Shown: one piece after another, positions 51,601 to 64,000 of the stretch | Layout of the letters: every line of letters starts with the position of its first letter | Numbering within the stretch: position 1 is the first letter of the stretch | DNA from: Haplodiscus bocki | Lineage: Eukaryota | Assembly: GCA_965655095.1 (NCBI GenBank) | Contig: OZ296652.1 | Coordinates: 49,414,001-49,478,000, forward strand | Direction of reading: 5' to 3' | Length of the DNA stretch: 64,000 nucleotides | Notes under the pieces: generated by a model | Database searches by the model: none | The model's input: the letters and a program-made list of their open reading frames with translations, nothing else | Told to the model about the DNA's origin: nothing | Position numbers and translations under genes: made by a program

Positions 51601-54600
51601 ATGCTTCTTGCTAAATAACATGCTTGCTTTCGTACGGTGTTCCCATGGCTTGGGTGGTATGCGACACAGTGTTTACACTATGTATTTGTGAAAGGTTTTG
51701 ATGGTTCTCCAAGTAAACCAAAAGACAACTAAGAATTGCATACAGAATAAATGACCTCATACACATGCATATGTTAGGCGTAAATGGTGTTACATTCGAA
51801 ACATAACTTTGGATCCTGATAGAAATGTTCCTGAGGGGTGCTGGCATCGTGTGGCCACTTTCAAGTCTCCACAAGCAGTAGACTTCAGAAAATACAAACT
51901 GAGTGTCTATCATTTTCTGGCAACATATGATTCCGGCTGAAATTTGGCCGAGTCTTTCTTAGCTTTGAGTTGGAATTCCCGTTTGCTGATTGCAAAATTG
52001 TCAGAAGACAGTCTCTAGACGCTGGTAAAACTGACAAGACGGCCGGCTACCACCGGCATATTTTCCGCCCTCCAATTTTGCTAAAGATGCTTTTTAAGAG
52101 GCCGAAAGCGTTTTTTTTCAAAATACTCTCTTGTCTCATATTTTTTGATTTCTCCAAATCTCAAAATTTTCCGACTTTTCGCCAAAAAAATTAACAGTCA
52201 AGGTGGAAAAGACATTTTACAGAAATATTTTTGCCAGCTTTAGCGATTTTGAAAAAAAAGTTTCTTTTAGAGAAAAACCCATCTATTAATTTAAGAAGCC
52301 CAAGTTTTTGTACGTTTTGAGAAATCTTACTAATTCAGTCGCATTCCACCGCAAACTTGCTACAATTTGGTTTAAAACAATTCACGGCCAGAAGTTGTCC
52401 GGTTAGGTTGAAGATCGGACATTATCAATTGGCAAAGAACAGGTGAAAAACGTCGGATTTCACCGTTTTGAGTGGATAATTTTCCTTCCATATTTTAAAT
52501 ATGGACTGAAAATATTAAAGAAATTAAACAATGGTGGACGGGTGTCACTACAAATTAAGTGGAAAAATTGGTGTTTGCTATTTTAAAGAGACCTATCGTA
52601 CTAAAAAAAACCTTGGTCTACGGAAAAAAGTCAGATTATTTCGCTAACCATGTGAACGTACTATAAAATCACTACCAGTCTAAACTGCATGATTAACAAG
52701 AAAGACAAAACCGAACTTCCTTCCCGAAAAATTGAGCTTCTCAAATTGAGAAAGATGCCTCAATTGCCAAGAGAATGAGGTATACAGCTGGAAACTTTTT
52801 AAAATCTCATTGTTGATCTAAACCTGTGACGAATGACTGCGGTGACCTCGACCTCGGGGGAAGGGTTTGTTCTAGAAACCTTCTGTGAGAGACAATCATT
52901 GAGACTTAGATTAAAGCTATTTATATTAGATTCGTTTAACTCAAAGTCGTTATTGGATCAAGATCTGCTACGTTCACTACCATTGTTTGCTGTAATTTTC
53001 GATCTGCGGTGCTTTGTCAGAGTAAAATTACTTGACTTTTTATTTTTTCTTATAGCGTTGGTTAGCTTGTTCTCAAAAGCACTTGAATTCTTCTTGAGTC
53101 CACTCTCAATAGCTTCAACAGTTCGTTGTGAAACATTTTAAAGTCAACTTTTGTTTGATTAATTCAGTTTGCGCAATAGAACCTGCACTGGTAATATCCG
53201 CACGGTTTTCATTGTTTCCAGAGCCAATTACTTGGGTTTGATTGGCTGCTCTCCAATTCTCAAAAAGTCCCCTTTTAACTCCTAGTAGGGTTCTAGATTT
53301 GCTAATAACTTGTCTGGTCTTTGACGTCATTGTAAAGAGAGGGGATTTTGCGAAACTGTAGTTCAGAGTTTATGTCTATGTCAAAAAATTTTGAAAGAAA
53401 GGACCTAGAGAACAAAATTCTTTTGGAAAAACACAACCAAATTAAATTGTTATATGAGAGTGGTTCCAAAGCCGGTCATCCCCGCCACAATACCCTCAAG
53501 ATTGAGTTCTAAAATGAATCGACGTTGGCATACACTAACAGAGTTGCACAGTGGTCCCAAAGCAAGTCATCCCACAATATTTTCCCTGTTATCTTCCAAA
53601 AATTTTACAAAAAGTCATTTAGCAAAAATTTTGTCTCACCACCTTGAGCATTGAATCTTTCCCTCAATTTTGGTTCAGCCACTACGAAAAATGTTTCTTG
53701 ATTGTTTTCTGAAAAACTGAATATAGAATTTTTACGAAAAGTTACATCTGTATTGTGTCCAGGAAGCAATGAGACATTTGGTGCACAGATTGTGCTCGAT
53801 AATTTATGTCTCGTACACAGTTTGTTGAAAGCATTAACGTCAAAAAGCATTAACGTCCCCTCAACTTCCTTTTTGAACCTTTCTGCCATAAGGTTTTCAA
53901 CATTTGGAAGTCTTAAAAATCCCTCAAAGTTGTTCAAAGCTGTGCAATGCTTGACATATTGGTTCTGTTGCTGACATCTTGAATTTTCCTAAATTACCGT
54001 ACGTTTCTCGCCAAAATCTTGGATCTGCTAGAGAATATTATTCTTCTTGCCTAGTTGTTAGTAATTCATCTTGCTAAAATTCTGGGTTTTCTTGGCAAAA
54101 TGAATACGAAATTAGTTGTATAAAGTTTGTTATTTCTAATATAATTTAACCGTTTCACTGATTTTTTCCAGTAATGAATGAAACATTCCACAAAACTTGT
54201 AAGTATAATGTAAATTAAATATTCGATTGCTATTCACATGAGTTTTACCATGAAAAAACTGATAATGGGTCAAAGAATGTTTTAAACGAACTTGTCAACA
54301 TGCAAAAAGAGTACTCACTGTTATATTAGCCAAGCTATCTTCAATAATTCAAGCATTTTCAAAATCGAGTCGCAGGTTTGGGTTCGCTGTTGTCACAATC
54401 TGTTCGCAATAGTGATTCCAAATGGTTATTGCTATTACGTTAGGACGTTGTATCTAACTTAATCAATGAATCTAAAAGTTTTGAAGTTTTAACAACCTTT
54501 ATTGATTTTCTTGCTAAGATCTTGGATTAACTTGGATTTCCAGCCAAAAAGTCCCAGATTTTGAAAAATCTTGAAAACTGATGCATGTGTTGGCAAAAAA

Positions 54601-57600
54601 ATACGAAGACCCAAGAATTTTTTTCGTGAGGAAAACCAAGATTCCATTTACTGGGTGTTATTAACATGCCGATGAAAACTCCAACGAATATTTTATTTTT
54701 CTGGCAACCTAAGACAGATGAATTTCTGAAAAAAATGCGTTTTTTCCGTGGGCATGGTGAAAATTTCAGAATAAGCAAATGTTTTAAAAAAACAAAGAGA
54801 AGCTTTACTATAATTTTAAACTTTTCGTGCAGCTATCTGCTCAAATAATCTTGAACATATTGATAAAGTACTGAAATGCTTCCATATAAGGCTTATAATA
54901 TACCCCAAGGAACTCATAAAAAATGAGGGAATGAACGACACGTCGCAAAGTAAACTGGTTGCGCAGCAAATTAGTTCCAAAATTAAAAATCACAAGTTCG
55001 TAAATCATTAAGACGCTCCAAAATAAGTAAATGGCTTGTAATCTCCAATTTAAAAGGTATTAAAAATTGAACCTAAACAACCCAGCGACTAGTATTTTGT
55101 ATATTGTAGAGGCTGAGCTGTGGGATATTTGAATAGATCCCTCAGTTTGCTACACGTAAATTCAAAAAGGTGTACTTGGCAGGGGTAGCGGAAACGTCTC
55201 TAAAAAAACCTAGGAGCAACTAGCGTTGACCTTGGCTCTCAAGAAAAAGGTGAAAATGGCACCCCGTAAAAACCACCTTTGATATAATAATCGATTCTCT
55301 GCTTTACAGGAAAGATACAAAACATGGCTTTAGAAATGGAAAAAAACTATTATCCTTCGTTTTGATTTTTGAACTAAAAGCAAGTATTTTCAGAAAATTT
55401 TGCGAAAAATGAAAAAAGGAACCGAAAGCCAGCAAATCAGCATAAGAGTCTTCGCGTTTCACTCGAAGCCCTAAAAACGCGTCTAGACTCTGTCCTCTTT
55501 TACAGGCAATTTTCACATTTCTAAGGAAACCAGTTAAACATCTGAGATACGACACGTCTTGCTACGCTATAGCAAGATAATCAATCCACTTGAGTGGAAA
55601 ACGCCCAGAGGAGCAAGATTCAGACGCACCAATTGCATCAAAATTCCCTCTTCCGAGTCATCAAGAACCATACTTCACTAACTTCGCAGAGGTTAGACGA
55701 ACAAATGTAATTAAACTGCTAATAATAAAAAAGCAAAATGTGTTCAAAAAATGAGTTGGGGAACAAATTGATACACATTGGCACACAAAAAAAGGACCCA
55801 ATAAAATTAAGTTTCGTACAGCGGTTTCACATCAATCCGGTGTATTTTGTAAGAATCTTTAAGTCTTGGTTTTGGAAACCGCCCCATTTGGCGGACTTCA
55901 AAAGTGCTACCCATGTTGAACTTTTGTCCGGAATTTTTCCACGACAAAGACGTATACCACTGCCAAAAAACCGGAAGTTGTCCGTTATCCCAAGAAACAA
56001 AAAGCATTTCAGAAAATAGTTCCACCCGGGTACCACTCAATAATTGCATTAGAAGTCTCAGGCTGCAAAAATCCTATTCCATTGACTAAAATTTTCCTTT
56101 AGTGTTCACTTTTTGTCAGTTATTTGTTCACAATCTGGTCTCTTTTCTTGAATTTTTTCCGTTTCACCAAAATATGGATTTTTCCAACCGACGAACACGC
56201 CAGCTTTCATCAATGAGCACAGAAATTTTTTCAAAGACGTAGAGTTTACAATTCTGTATTTGGGTTTGTCACTTTTTGATTCAATATCTTTAGCACATAG
56301 GTAAATGCATTTGGAATGATATCGTTATGTTATGAATCCTACGAGAATCTCGGTGTTCAAAGTGATTGTAATTTCAGGAGCTCACAAGACGTAAAGTTGA
56401 CTTGCATTTTGTCTTCAGTTTCGGATGTCTTATCTCGACTAGGAGTTTTTGACGCATTGTTATTTCTTTGAAAATCAATTAACGCCTTCAAGAAATTATT
56501 TTAAGCTTTCTAATCTTTCATTTTGCGGGTTCATTTATTTTAAACTCTGATAGAAATTTAATGGACGTGTTCTTCAGTCAGGCTGTTTGTGGCATTATTT
56601 GAATTGAGTAAACTAAATCTTGAAGAAATTTCATTTAATAGAGCGTCCTCATGAGGCGGTTGTCTTTTGTAGGCAGCTCTGAGAAATGGATTTTTATATT
56701 CCAAAGATTATATTCAGCACTCAAATTGGAATTTGCGATTGATATAATAGCATCATTTGTTCAAGTTGAACTTGCGCTATCTGAGAACTGAATTTCGTAA
56801 AGACTACACGTAGCGAGTCTATGTGGTGCTGCGATGACTTAGATTTTGAGGAAAAGCTTGTCTGATTTTCCCTGATTCCCGGCATCCGTTCACAGAGGAA
56901 ATGTTGAAACTGACACCGTGTGAGATTTAAGACAATAATTGTGAACAAAAATAATGATTTTCTGCAGTTATCGTTTTTTGATTGATCAGCAGTTTGTTTA
57001 CAAATTAATAGCTAACATTCATAAATACTTTAAACGCTCTGAAAACTTCATTTAAGCTCCAATTGAACTTTCAGTTTTGGTTTAAGTCAAGTAAATTCGT
57101 ATTTGAAATTATTATCATCAATAAATTTCATAATAGAGGTACCAAGCTTTGTACTACAAATTAGGATATTAACACGTTTGTATTCATTTTGTGTCTCAGG
57201 TGCATCATCCGGACTCAGGTATGGATTTGAGTCAGGTTTGGCGCAATCAAGACTATGAAGACAATATATTTGTTTGGTGATTTAAATATTGCATTCATGA
57301 TTCATAAGTTCAGTCGATGGTGTGCTGACACCGCATAAAGAATTAATTCAAATTTACCAGAATCTTCATGAACAAGTGGGATCAATTTAGTTCAGCGGCA
57401 ATTGGACTCAGAAGAAGCTGTAATCCTAAGTATGGCCAAATGAAGTTGAACTAAGGATTCAAAATTTCTTATGAACAATGCGACACAATGACCCTGATGC
57501 TACAATCCCTGTGGAAACCATTGTTATTTGTGCGGTTGATATTTTTTTGGTCTGTATCCAATTCACGAGACAAATTTTAGACTTTCAGTCCTACACGTAG

Positions 57601-59599
57601 TTTCAGCGGTTGAATTGTTTTTGTTTGTTTTGTGAGTTCCCTGACTGGGTTTTCAAGGTTTCCAGGATGTTATGATTGTACTTTTTATTCGAGTCCTCCA
57701 TTTTCCGGGTTCCCTTGTTTTCTTTTCTAAGGCACCTTCAACTCCTTGTTCTTTGGTTAAAATAAATTTCTCACAGTCGAGTTTGAAGGAACTAGAACTT
57801 GAAGAACATTCCTTGTCTTCAACGTCGGCGTAGCATTTTTTTATAGGAGTTCGAGTGAGCTTTTTATTACGAAAGTTTGATAGAAATTATTAAATTGTAC
57901 CAGCAAAATATTTAAAAACAATTGGTTTGAATAGTTAAAAAATCCCAATGATTACCAAATTACAAAACTGGTGTATCATTATCGCCATCTGAATTGGGAT
58001 GAAGAAAGATATCAATAAGCTGCGTTTTTCATTCAGGTCGATTTTAGGCTGCCTCAAACACTTCTCACTGCTCATCTATTTCGCGCAGACAGGACTGAAA
58101 ATTTTGGGAAAACTGTCGGATTTTTCACTTCTGTTGTCTCTTCTTTGAATAAAACTGCAGCTTTACACCCTGTACAAAATGTAAAAAATTCTTAGCAAAA
58201 ATAGAATGTAGGAATCAAATTAAAATTTCTGAACTTTGTTGGTTTTTTTTTGCTAATATACTGTTTAATGTAATACGAAAAACCATTTAACACATTGACG
58301 ACAAGTAACAAGTGTGTAGGGTTTGTTAACTAGAGAATGACCTAATTATTAAAGGAACATCGTAAGATAGTTAGTACACGCACGTCAGACGTGAATTGAT
58401 AGACCAGGAGTTTTTATAATTGATTGTAGACTTTGCGGACGAACGGTTTAGGATGCAACACTTGTAGAATCGTCACTTACATTAGGTCAACTTCGAACTG
58501 AATGTTCGAAGCAGTTGAAGTCCAACTTTTCAAAGTACAAAATTGTTCATATAGAACACCACAGACAGAATTTTCTCAGATTATTCAAAACAAATTGCTA
58601 TTCTTTTTCGAAAACGAAACATTGTTCGAAACTTTTGACCAACCAAAAATCTAAGCGTCCTGAAAAATTAGGATCTGAAGTATAAGGGAGATTTATAAGA
58701 ACTGATTTCCTTTAAACACATTTGGCTTTTAGGATGTTTCGAAAAAATGCCTATTCAAAAGCTCCGTTCATCGAAAGAAAACGTTCTCTTGTTTCGTCGC
58801 AAAGAAAAGGTTTCGAAGTTCAAAAAAAACAATTGTTTCATAGTAAACAATTCCCAAAGACTAAAGCATAGTCAACAAGTCAACTAATAGCTAGAAAAAC
58901 CTAGCTGAGAAGTTTATATTGAAAAGTTATAGAAAAGAAGACCATTAGCTCCTATAGATGCACCAAGAGTTGGAGAATAAAAAATTCAAAAGGAACTTTC
59001 CAACAGATCTGAAGAGAATTATTTGATTTAGTCTCGCTAAAAGATCAGACAGCTCGATGCTCGAACACGTCGGGTAGAAAAACTTCATTGTCCTTACAGA
59101 AAAATTTACTAACAGGGAATGCTCAAAACTTCTTCAAGAGGCAATTTAAACCTTGATGATAACATTGAAGTGGGAAAATCTCTTAAGGACACCATCGAAA
59201 AGCCTAATTACGCCTGTCTGTTGTCCGCCTCCACAACAACGAATTCTTTGTAGCTTCACAAACTTACAATAGAAATGATGAAGCCACAAAAAACACTTTT
59301 GGGCTAAATAGCCCTTTGCTGCATGGACTAATCGCAACAAAAGTCGATGTCCACCAGGACATAAATATCAGAAAAGTGAACTTCGACTTGCTTTTCTGTA
59401 AAAATGACAGTACAGTTTCTCAAAAAAGAGCCATTGAGCTCAATAAATTGAAGCGTCTTGTGAGCTCATTTTCTGAGATGGTTTTTTTACAGGTAACCGC
59501 ATGCGGAGCAATTAACCTACAGGCAGATCTTTCTTACATGCGGTCAGAAAATAAAAATGTCAACTTTGTGAGGCAGTTTACCTGATTTTTTTTAAAGTG

Positions 59600-62450
59600 A
59601 AAGGAATCATGTATAGAGTTGCTATGACTTTTACGCATCTTTCCTCATTGTAAAAGCTACTTTCGTATTTCCAAGTGAAAAGTCAACAATGACTTTGAAA
59701 CGTCCAAGATCTTTTTTATTTGTTTCATCGAAGAATTCGTGATTTCTATAGAGATTTCTCAAATCGATTATATCCATGAGGTTTCTCCAATGTTCGATTA
59801 TATTGCTAGTTTTGAAGCTAAACAACATCCAGCAGTATCAAACTAATGTGTATGTAGGCTCCTTTCATCAAAGTTTGGTTGTAGCCTACCATAATAAAAT
59901 TGACACCTTGAAAATTACTCAATTAAGGAAATATCAACCTTTAGTATATGGCTTTATTCCCTAAAATTTGATTTTGAGAATCAGCTGAAACAAATATCTT
60001 TTTCAAACTTTTCGGAATACCATCAAATTTCAATTGACTCTAAGACCGTAATGTTTTACAATGATCACTGAAAACAATCATTTCAACCCTCATTTGCACT
60101 CTAACCGGAGAAAACATTAAAAATAACCCTGAAAAAGTCTTGCTTAAAATCGTTTTTACCTTGGGATTTTCTTGCCAAAATTCAACTCAATTTTTTCTCT
60201 AACTTGTGTTCTCTGTTTTACCAGGATAAGAGAGTGGATTTTGACAATTACTATAGTCACTCGAAAATACAACTTCAACAATCTTATGTGAACTATTCGT
60301 GTGAGCTATGTTTTTATTTGGTTTAGTTTAGTACATAAAATTTGATTACTTGAAACATTTACCTACTTCATTTTCCGGTAATGACGGAAAAATTTAGTTT
60401 CTTTCAACCTCATCAGGACGTCTCAAATCAACGTCTGGAAAACTTCTTGCATCAGAGTCTTCTGTAGTAATTTTTCTGTGGTTCTTATATGTTTTCACAA
60501 AAATTCAATTCCTCATAACCTAGTGGTTGACACATTGCGAAATCTTATAATTTGTACACATCTGTATGAAACACCTTAGTTTTTCATCAGGTTCGACAGA
60601 TTTATTGCGCATAAGAATGAAGACACTCCTTCGGATAAATCTATCAAATGAAAATGCGTGGCTTTTTTTGTTGTTGAAAATCCTGAAACTTGATTCTCAT
60701 TCCTTTTAAAAGACATTGCTGAGTTTATCTAGGTAGAGTAGAACAAACTCGAAGAATAATTTTTCATTGTTGGTATTAGAAGTTGATGAACAGATCGAAA
60801 AGATGAACTAAAGTTATGACGTTTAATTTCAAACAAACGCCTCTATTTCATCATCATCATCTTCAATGAATAATTTTTCTGTGGTTTCATAAACTTTTTC
60901 TCCTTCTTGCTTACGAGGATGATACTTGAGGAAATGAGACAAAAAGTCTGCTTTTTAAATTGCAGTGGGTCTTGATATGACTCAAACAAAGTATGTTTCT
61001 CAGTGGGAGTTTTTAACTTCCTTGTGCAGAATTGTCAACTATTAGAAGATCTTTTTTCAAAAATTTGTCTCATTAGAAATAACTAAGGCTTCTACTAAGG
61101 ATGCAAAAAACGCTGGAAGAAATCTATTCCAATCAAGAAACCCTATACATCCCAATTGAAATTCTATGCAATCTGCAAAAAGTCGTTTTGTAATTCATGA
61201 CATTTAGGTTTTTGATAAACAAGTGGCAGTGTCCATTAAACGAAACATCTGCAGCCATAGTGATTGAAAACTTACCTACTTCGTAGAAGTTTTCATAACA
61301 CACTTTCTCCAAGAACTTACCATAGAAAACCGACCAGTTGCATCTCCAATAGCTACATCACTGGGGATTAAAGGATCGTTCCGATTCTTGAACCAAAATT
61401 TCGTTCCATCTACTAGTTTTTCGACAATTTATACTTACCATATAAAATAATCTTTCCGGACGTAAAAACGCATCCAACTTTTGAAAGAGTATCATCAATG
61501 TATTCTGTGAGATAAACACCATGAATGAAGGAAATTGTTTCAAGAAACTTTTTTTCTAGTTCCAATGTTCTTCATCCAATGGATTAGGACATTCTAGAAC
61601 GCAATTCCTCTGGAATATCATTAGATGAAATTATTTTGTTTATCCCATTCGAAATAACAATCCTAAATCAAGGCCAATGGTTCAGGAGTTACATTTTAAT
61701 AAACTTTTTGATGTTTGCGATAGGCATCTTCCAAACTCAAAGGAGACGGACAAGTTTGAATAAAAGGTGTTCTTTCAAATTTTTACCAAATTAATTTTTC
61801 TCCATTGTATCAACTGATTTTGAAGCAGTAAGAGGTCTGGTCAATGAGATGTTATTTGTAATGTTATTTGACATGAAGGACAGCTTATCTTCAGGAACAT
61901 CTTCGTTTTTAGTCGGCTCCAACATATTTATACTGAGATAAATCTCTTTCTCAAAAGTATGAATGTCGTCAACTCTCATACCAATAGACGAATCCTTGTC
62001 ACGGGCACTTAATTAATCTGTAAAATTAATCTTATATTCCAATACTGTTGCATAATGATCATTATCTGGAAGAACGTGTGCCAGTTCATACCAATAGCAA
62101 AAAGAAACAAATTTTCTTACCCTTTTTGATAATACCGATTGACTATTGATTCAATTTTTTTGGAAGTTTGAAGTTTAACGTCATCTTATGCGTTAGTTTT
62201 GAAAACAATGTTTGCCATTGGAAGTATTTTTCAAAAACCTTTCCACTATCGTTCATTTCCTTGTCTTCTATTGGAGCTTCAGGCATTTTTTCAACTGTTA
62301 TGACAAATATTTCGTTTTCTTACCTTATTTGAAAAAAAATTGACTTTTATAACGAATACTTTCGTTGTTGTTTTGATGATGGAAACTTTTTCGGAAGTTC
62401 ATTGTCAATTGAAGATGAATTTTTGAACTAGGTGATACTTTTATTTCTGA
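59600..62450 (-). mobile_element. Second decayed Polinton/Maverick-like pPolB
   Basis: Colinear minus-strand remnants: YTDVYKL..FAMCQPLGY (Pol motif A, ~60515-60570); KNDFKQDFFRVIFN (motif B region, ~60115-60160); degenerate DTD motif (~59830-59860); LFSFKTSNIIE..RNL.DIIDL.NL..NHEFFDETNKKDLGRFK (ORF 59631..59828). Confidence 0.8.
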
Positions 62451-64000
62451 ATATTATTTGGAAATATTTTTGAAAAGATCCTTGGTAACTGTCCATCACT
62501 CCAAACATATCCTTTTGGCTAAGATAGGCCAAAATCAGGGAAGTCATAAATTCTTGAAAACTGTGATTCGATTAGAAAGTAAGAAACTTTAGTAATGAAA
62601 GTTTATGAAAACTCCTAGCAATTTTACTCATTCTGCGTTCTCGTAAAACTGTCGTGTTTTGGAAAATTGGCCTCCAAACGCGCGTAATTGTTGCTCCCAA
62701 TTTCAATTAATCCATAACAATGCCTGCGCTGAGATTCGATACATTCTCAGCAATGGCCAGTTCAATTCCATCTAAGCCACTGCAAGCCATTCATTACTGA
62801 AGAGACAAGTGGACGTTTCTCTTAAAAAATAATCGGGACAATATCACTTCAGGGGCTGTGTACTCACTACAACAACAGCAACAACAACCCTTGGCTAAAT
62901 TAGGTGCGAGTTATTCAGAATTCCATCTATGGCCATCATTGGTGTACCGTTGGACAACCTCAGGTGACCAGAACATATCGAGACCTTTCTACTTGAAAAC
63001 ATGGCACGGCTAGATTAAGATACCAAAAATAACAAAATAAATACATTCAATTTAGCTAAGAGATTTGCTATAGTGTATTTTGGAGTAGAAGTTCCGCCGT
63101 AAATAGCGGAAAACTCTACAAATGTTGAGCAAGTGAACAACAGATTAGTTCCAAAAACCAGCTAAACATCACACTTTGCTCTATTACCCCAGCTGGTCTC
63201 TGCACTGTTTATAGCAAAATTAACCGTTGACATCATTATTCCTGGACTCGCGGCTAATTTCTAGAGAGAGGCTCTAAAAAATGGACATGCAAGGATGGAA
63301 CCAGTCACGGAAGTAATGCATATAGGAGCAATAATTACTATCATTGGCATAGAGTGAACGAAGGATGCTAACAGCCTTTTCCGGGCTTCTGACTTTTACT
63401 ATAGAAAGAAACTCCCTTCATTACCGCCAATGATCCATCGATGGGATTGCTCAAGACATCCCTGAGAGTGTCAGTACGGGTATAATCTCAGTACGAACAA
63501 TCGCAACTTGGGAATTTGGTAGAAATTGATGACGTTCGTTTGTCAATTTTCACAGCTAGTATGTTGAAATGTTTCTAAAACAAAAGCTGCTCACTGTTAA
63601 TTTGTATGACCAAATCCGTGTAGTCGCCATTTTGGGGCATACTGAGTAATTATCTTTAACTTAGAGGATTGACTCTGATTAAAACCAGGAAAAGAATTGG
63701 CAATTACTTAAAAAAATCGTCATGACTTTGTTCAATTTCCCATGGTTTGCTTCAAAGTATCCATATCTTTAAATGTGAGACTAAGATAGCAAACATGGTG
63801 GCCGGCTAGCACCAGCATAATTTTCGCCCCCTGACAAAGTTTTTGATCAACGTTTGAAAATATTAAAAAACACGATAATAGTGTTTTGGATCTAGTTTTC
63901 AAAAGTTTTCCACAAGTATCAATTGAACCAACGACTTCTGCAATTTCTGGCACTATCGATTTATCAAGGGTTCGAAGCAAATTACGAAACTCGAGGTATT

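Noticed and set aside
46000-52700. Scattered 60-113 aa ORFs
   Set aside because: No recognisable motifs or consistent splice phases; probably old repeat debris that I cannot classify.
1-64000. Alternative genetic code explaining the frequent stops in TE proteins
   Set aside because: Lesions include many frameshifts and all three stop codons, and the host gene exons read cleanly in the standard code.

Overview
AT-rich eukaryotic (invertebrate-type) genomic DNA, mostly old, frameshifted mobile-element relics around one spliced host gene. Left to right: decayed protein-primed PolB (Polinton/Maverick-like) relic (~1.9-5.3 kb, -); one end of a DNA element with eight TTTCAACCG repeats (5.44-5.59 kb); decayed Ty3/gypsy gag-pol (~5.6-11.8 kb, -); a second Ty3/gypsy pol (~19-24.3 kb, +) followed by an env-like glycoprotein relic (~25-26.5 kb); several MITE-like elements and a probable hAT-type transposase relic (29-36 kb). 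Next is a young Helentron-associated (HINE/DINE-like) element (37.03-37.96 kb) carrying a tandem array of tRNA-derived cassettes separated by 14-bp minisatellites. Then comes a four-exon WSCD-family (two WSC-like domains plus sulfotransferase) gene at 39.07-45.65 kb with phase-consistent GT-AG introns and an apparent 2-bp deletion near its 3' end. The window ends with orphan decayed ORFs (52.8-57.9 kb) and a second PolB relic (59.6-62.4 kb, -). Almost all entries in the ORF track are TE fragments or chance frames. All family calls come from motif recognition by eye; no database search was run, and relic boundaries are approximate.
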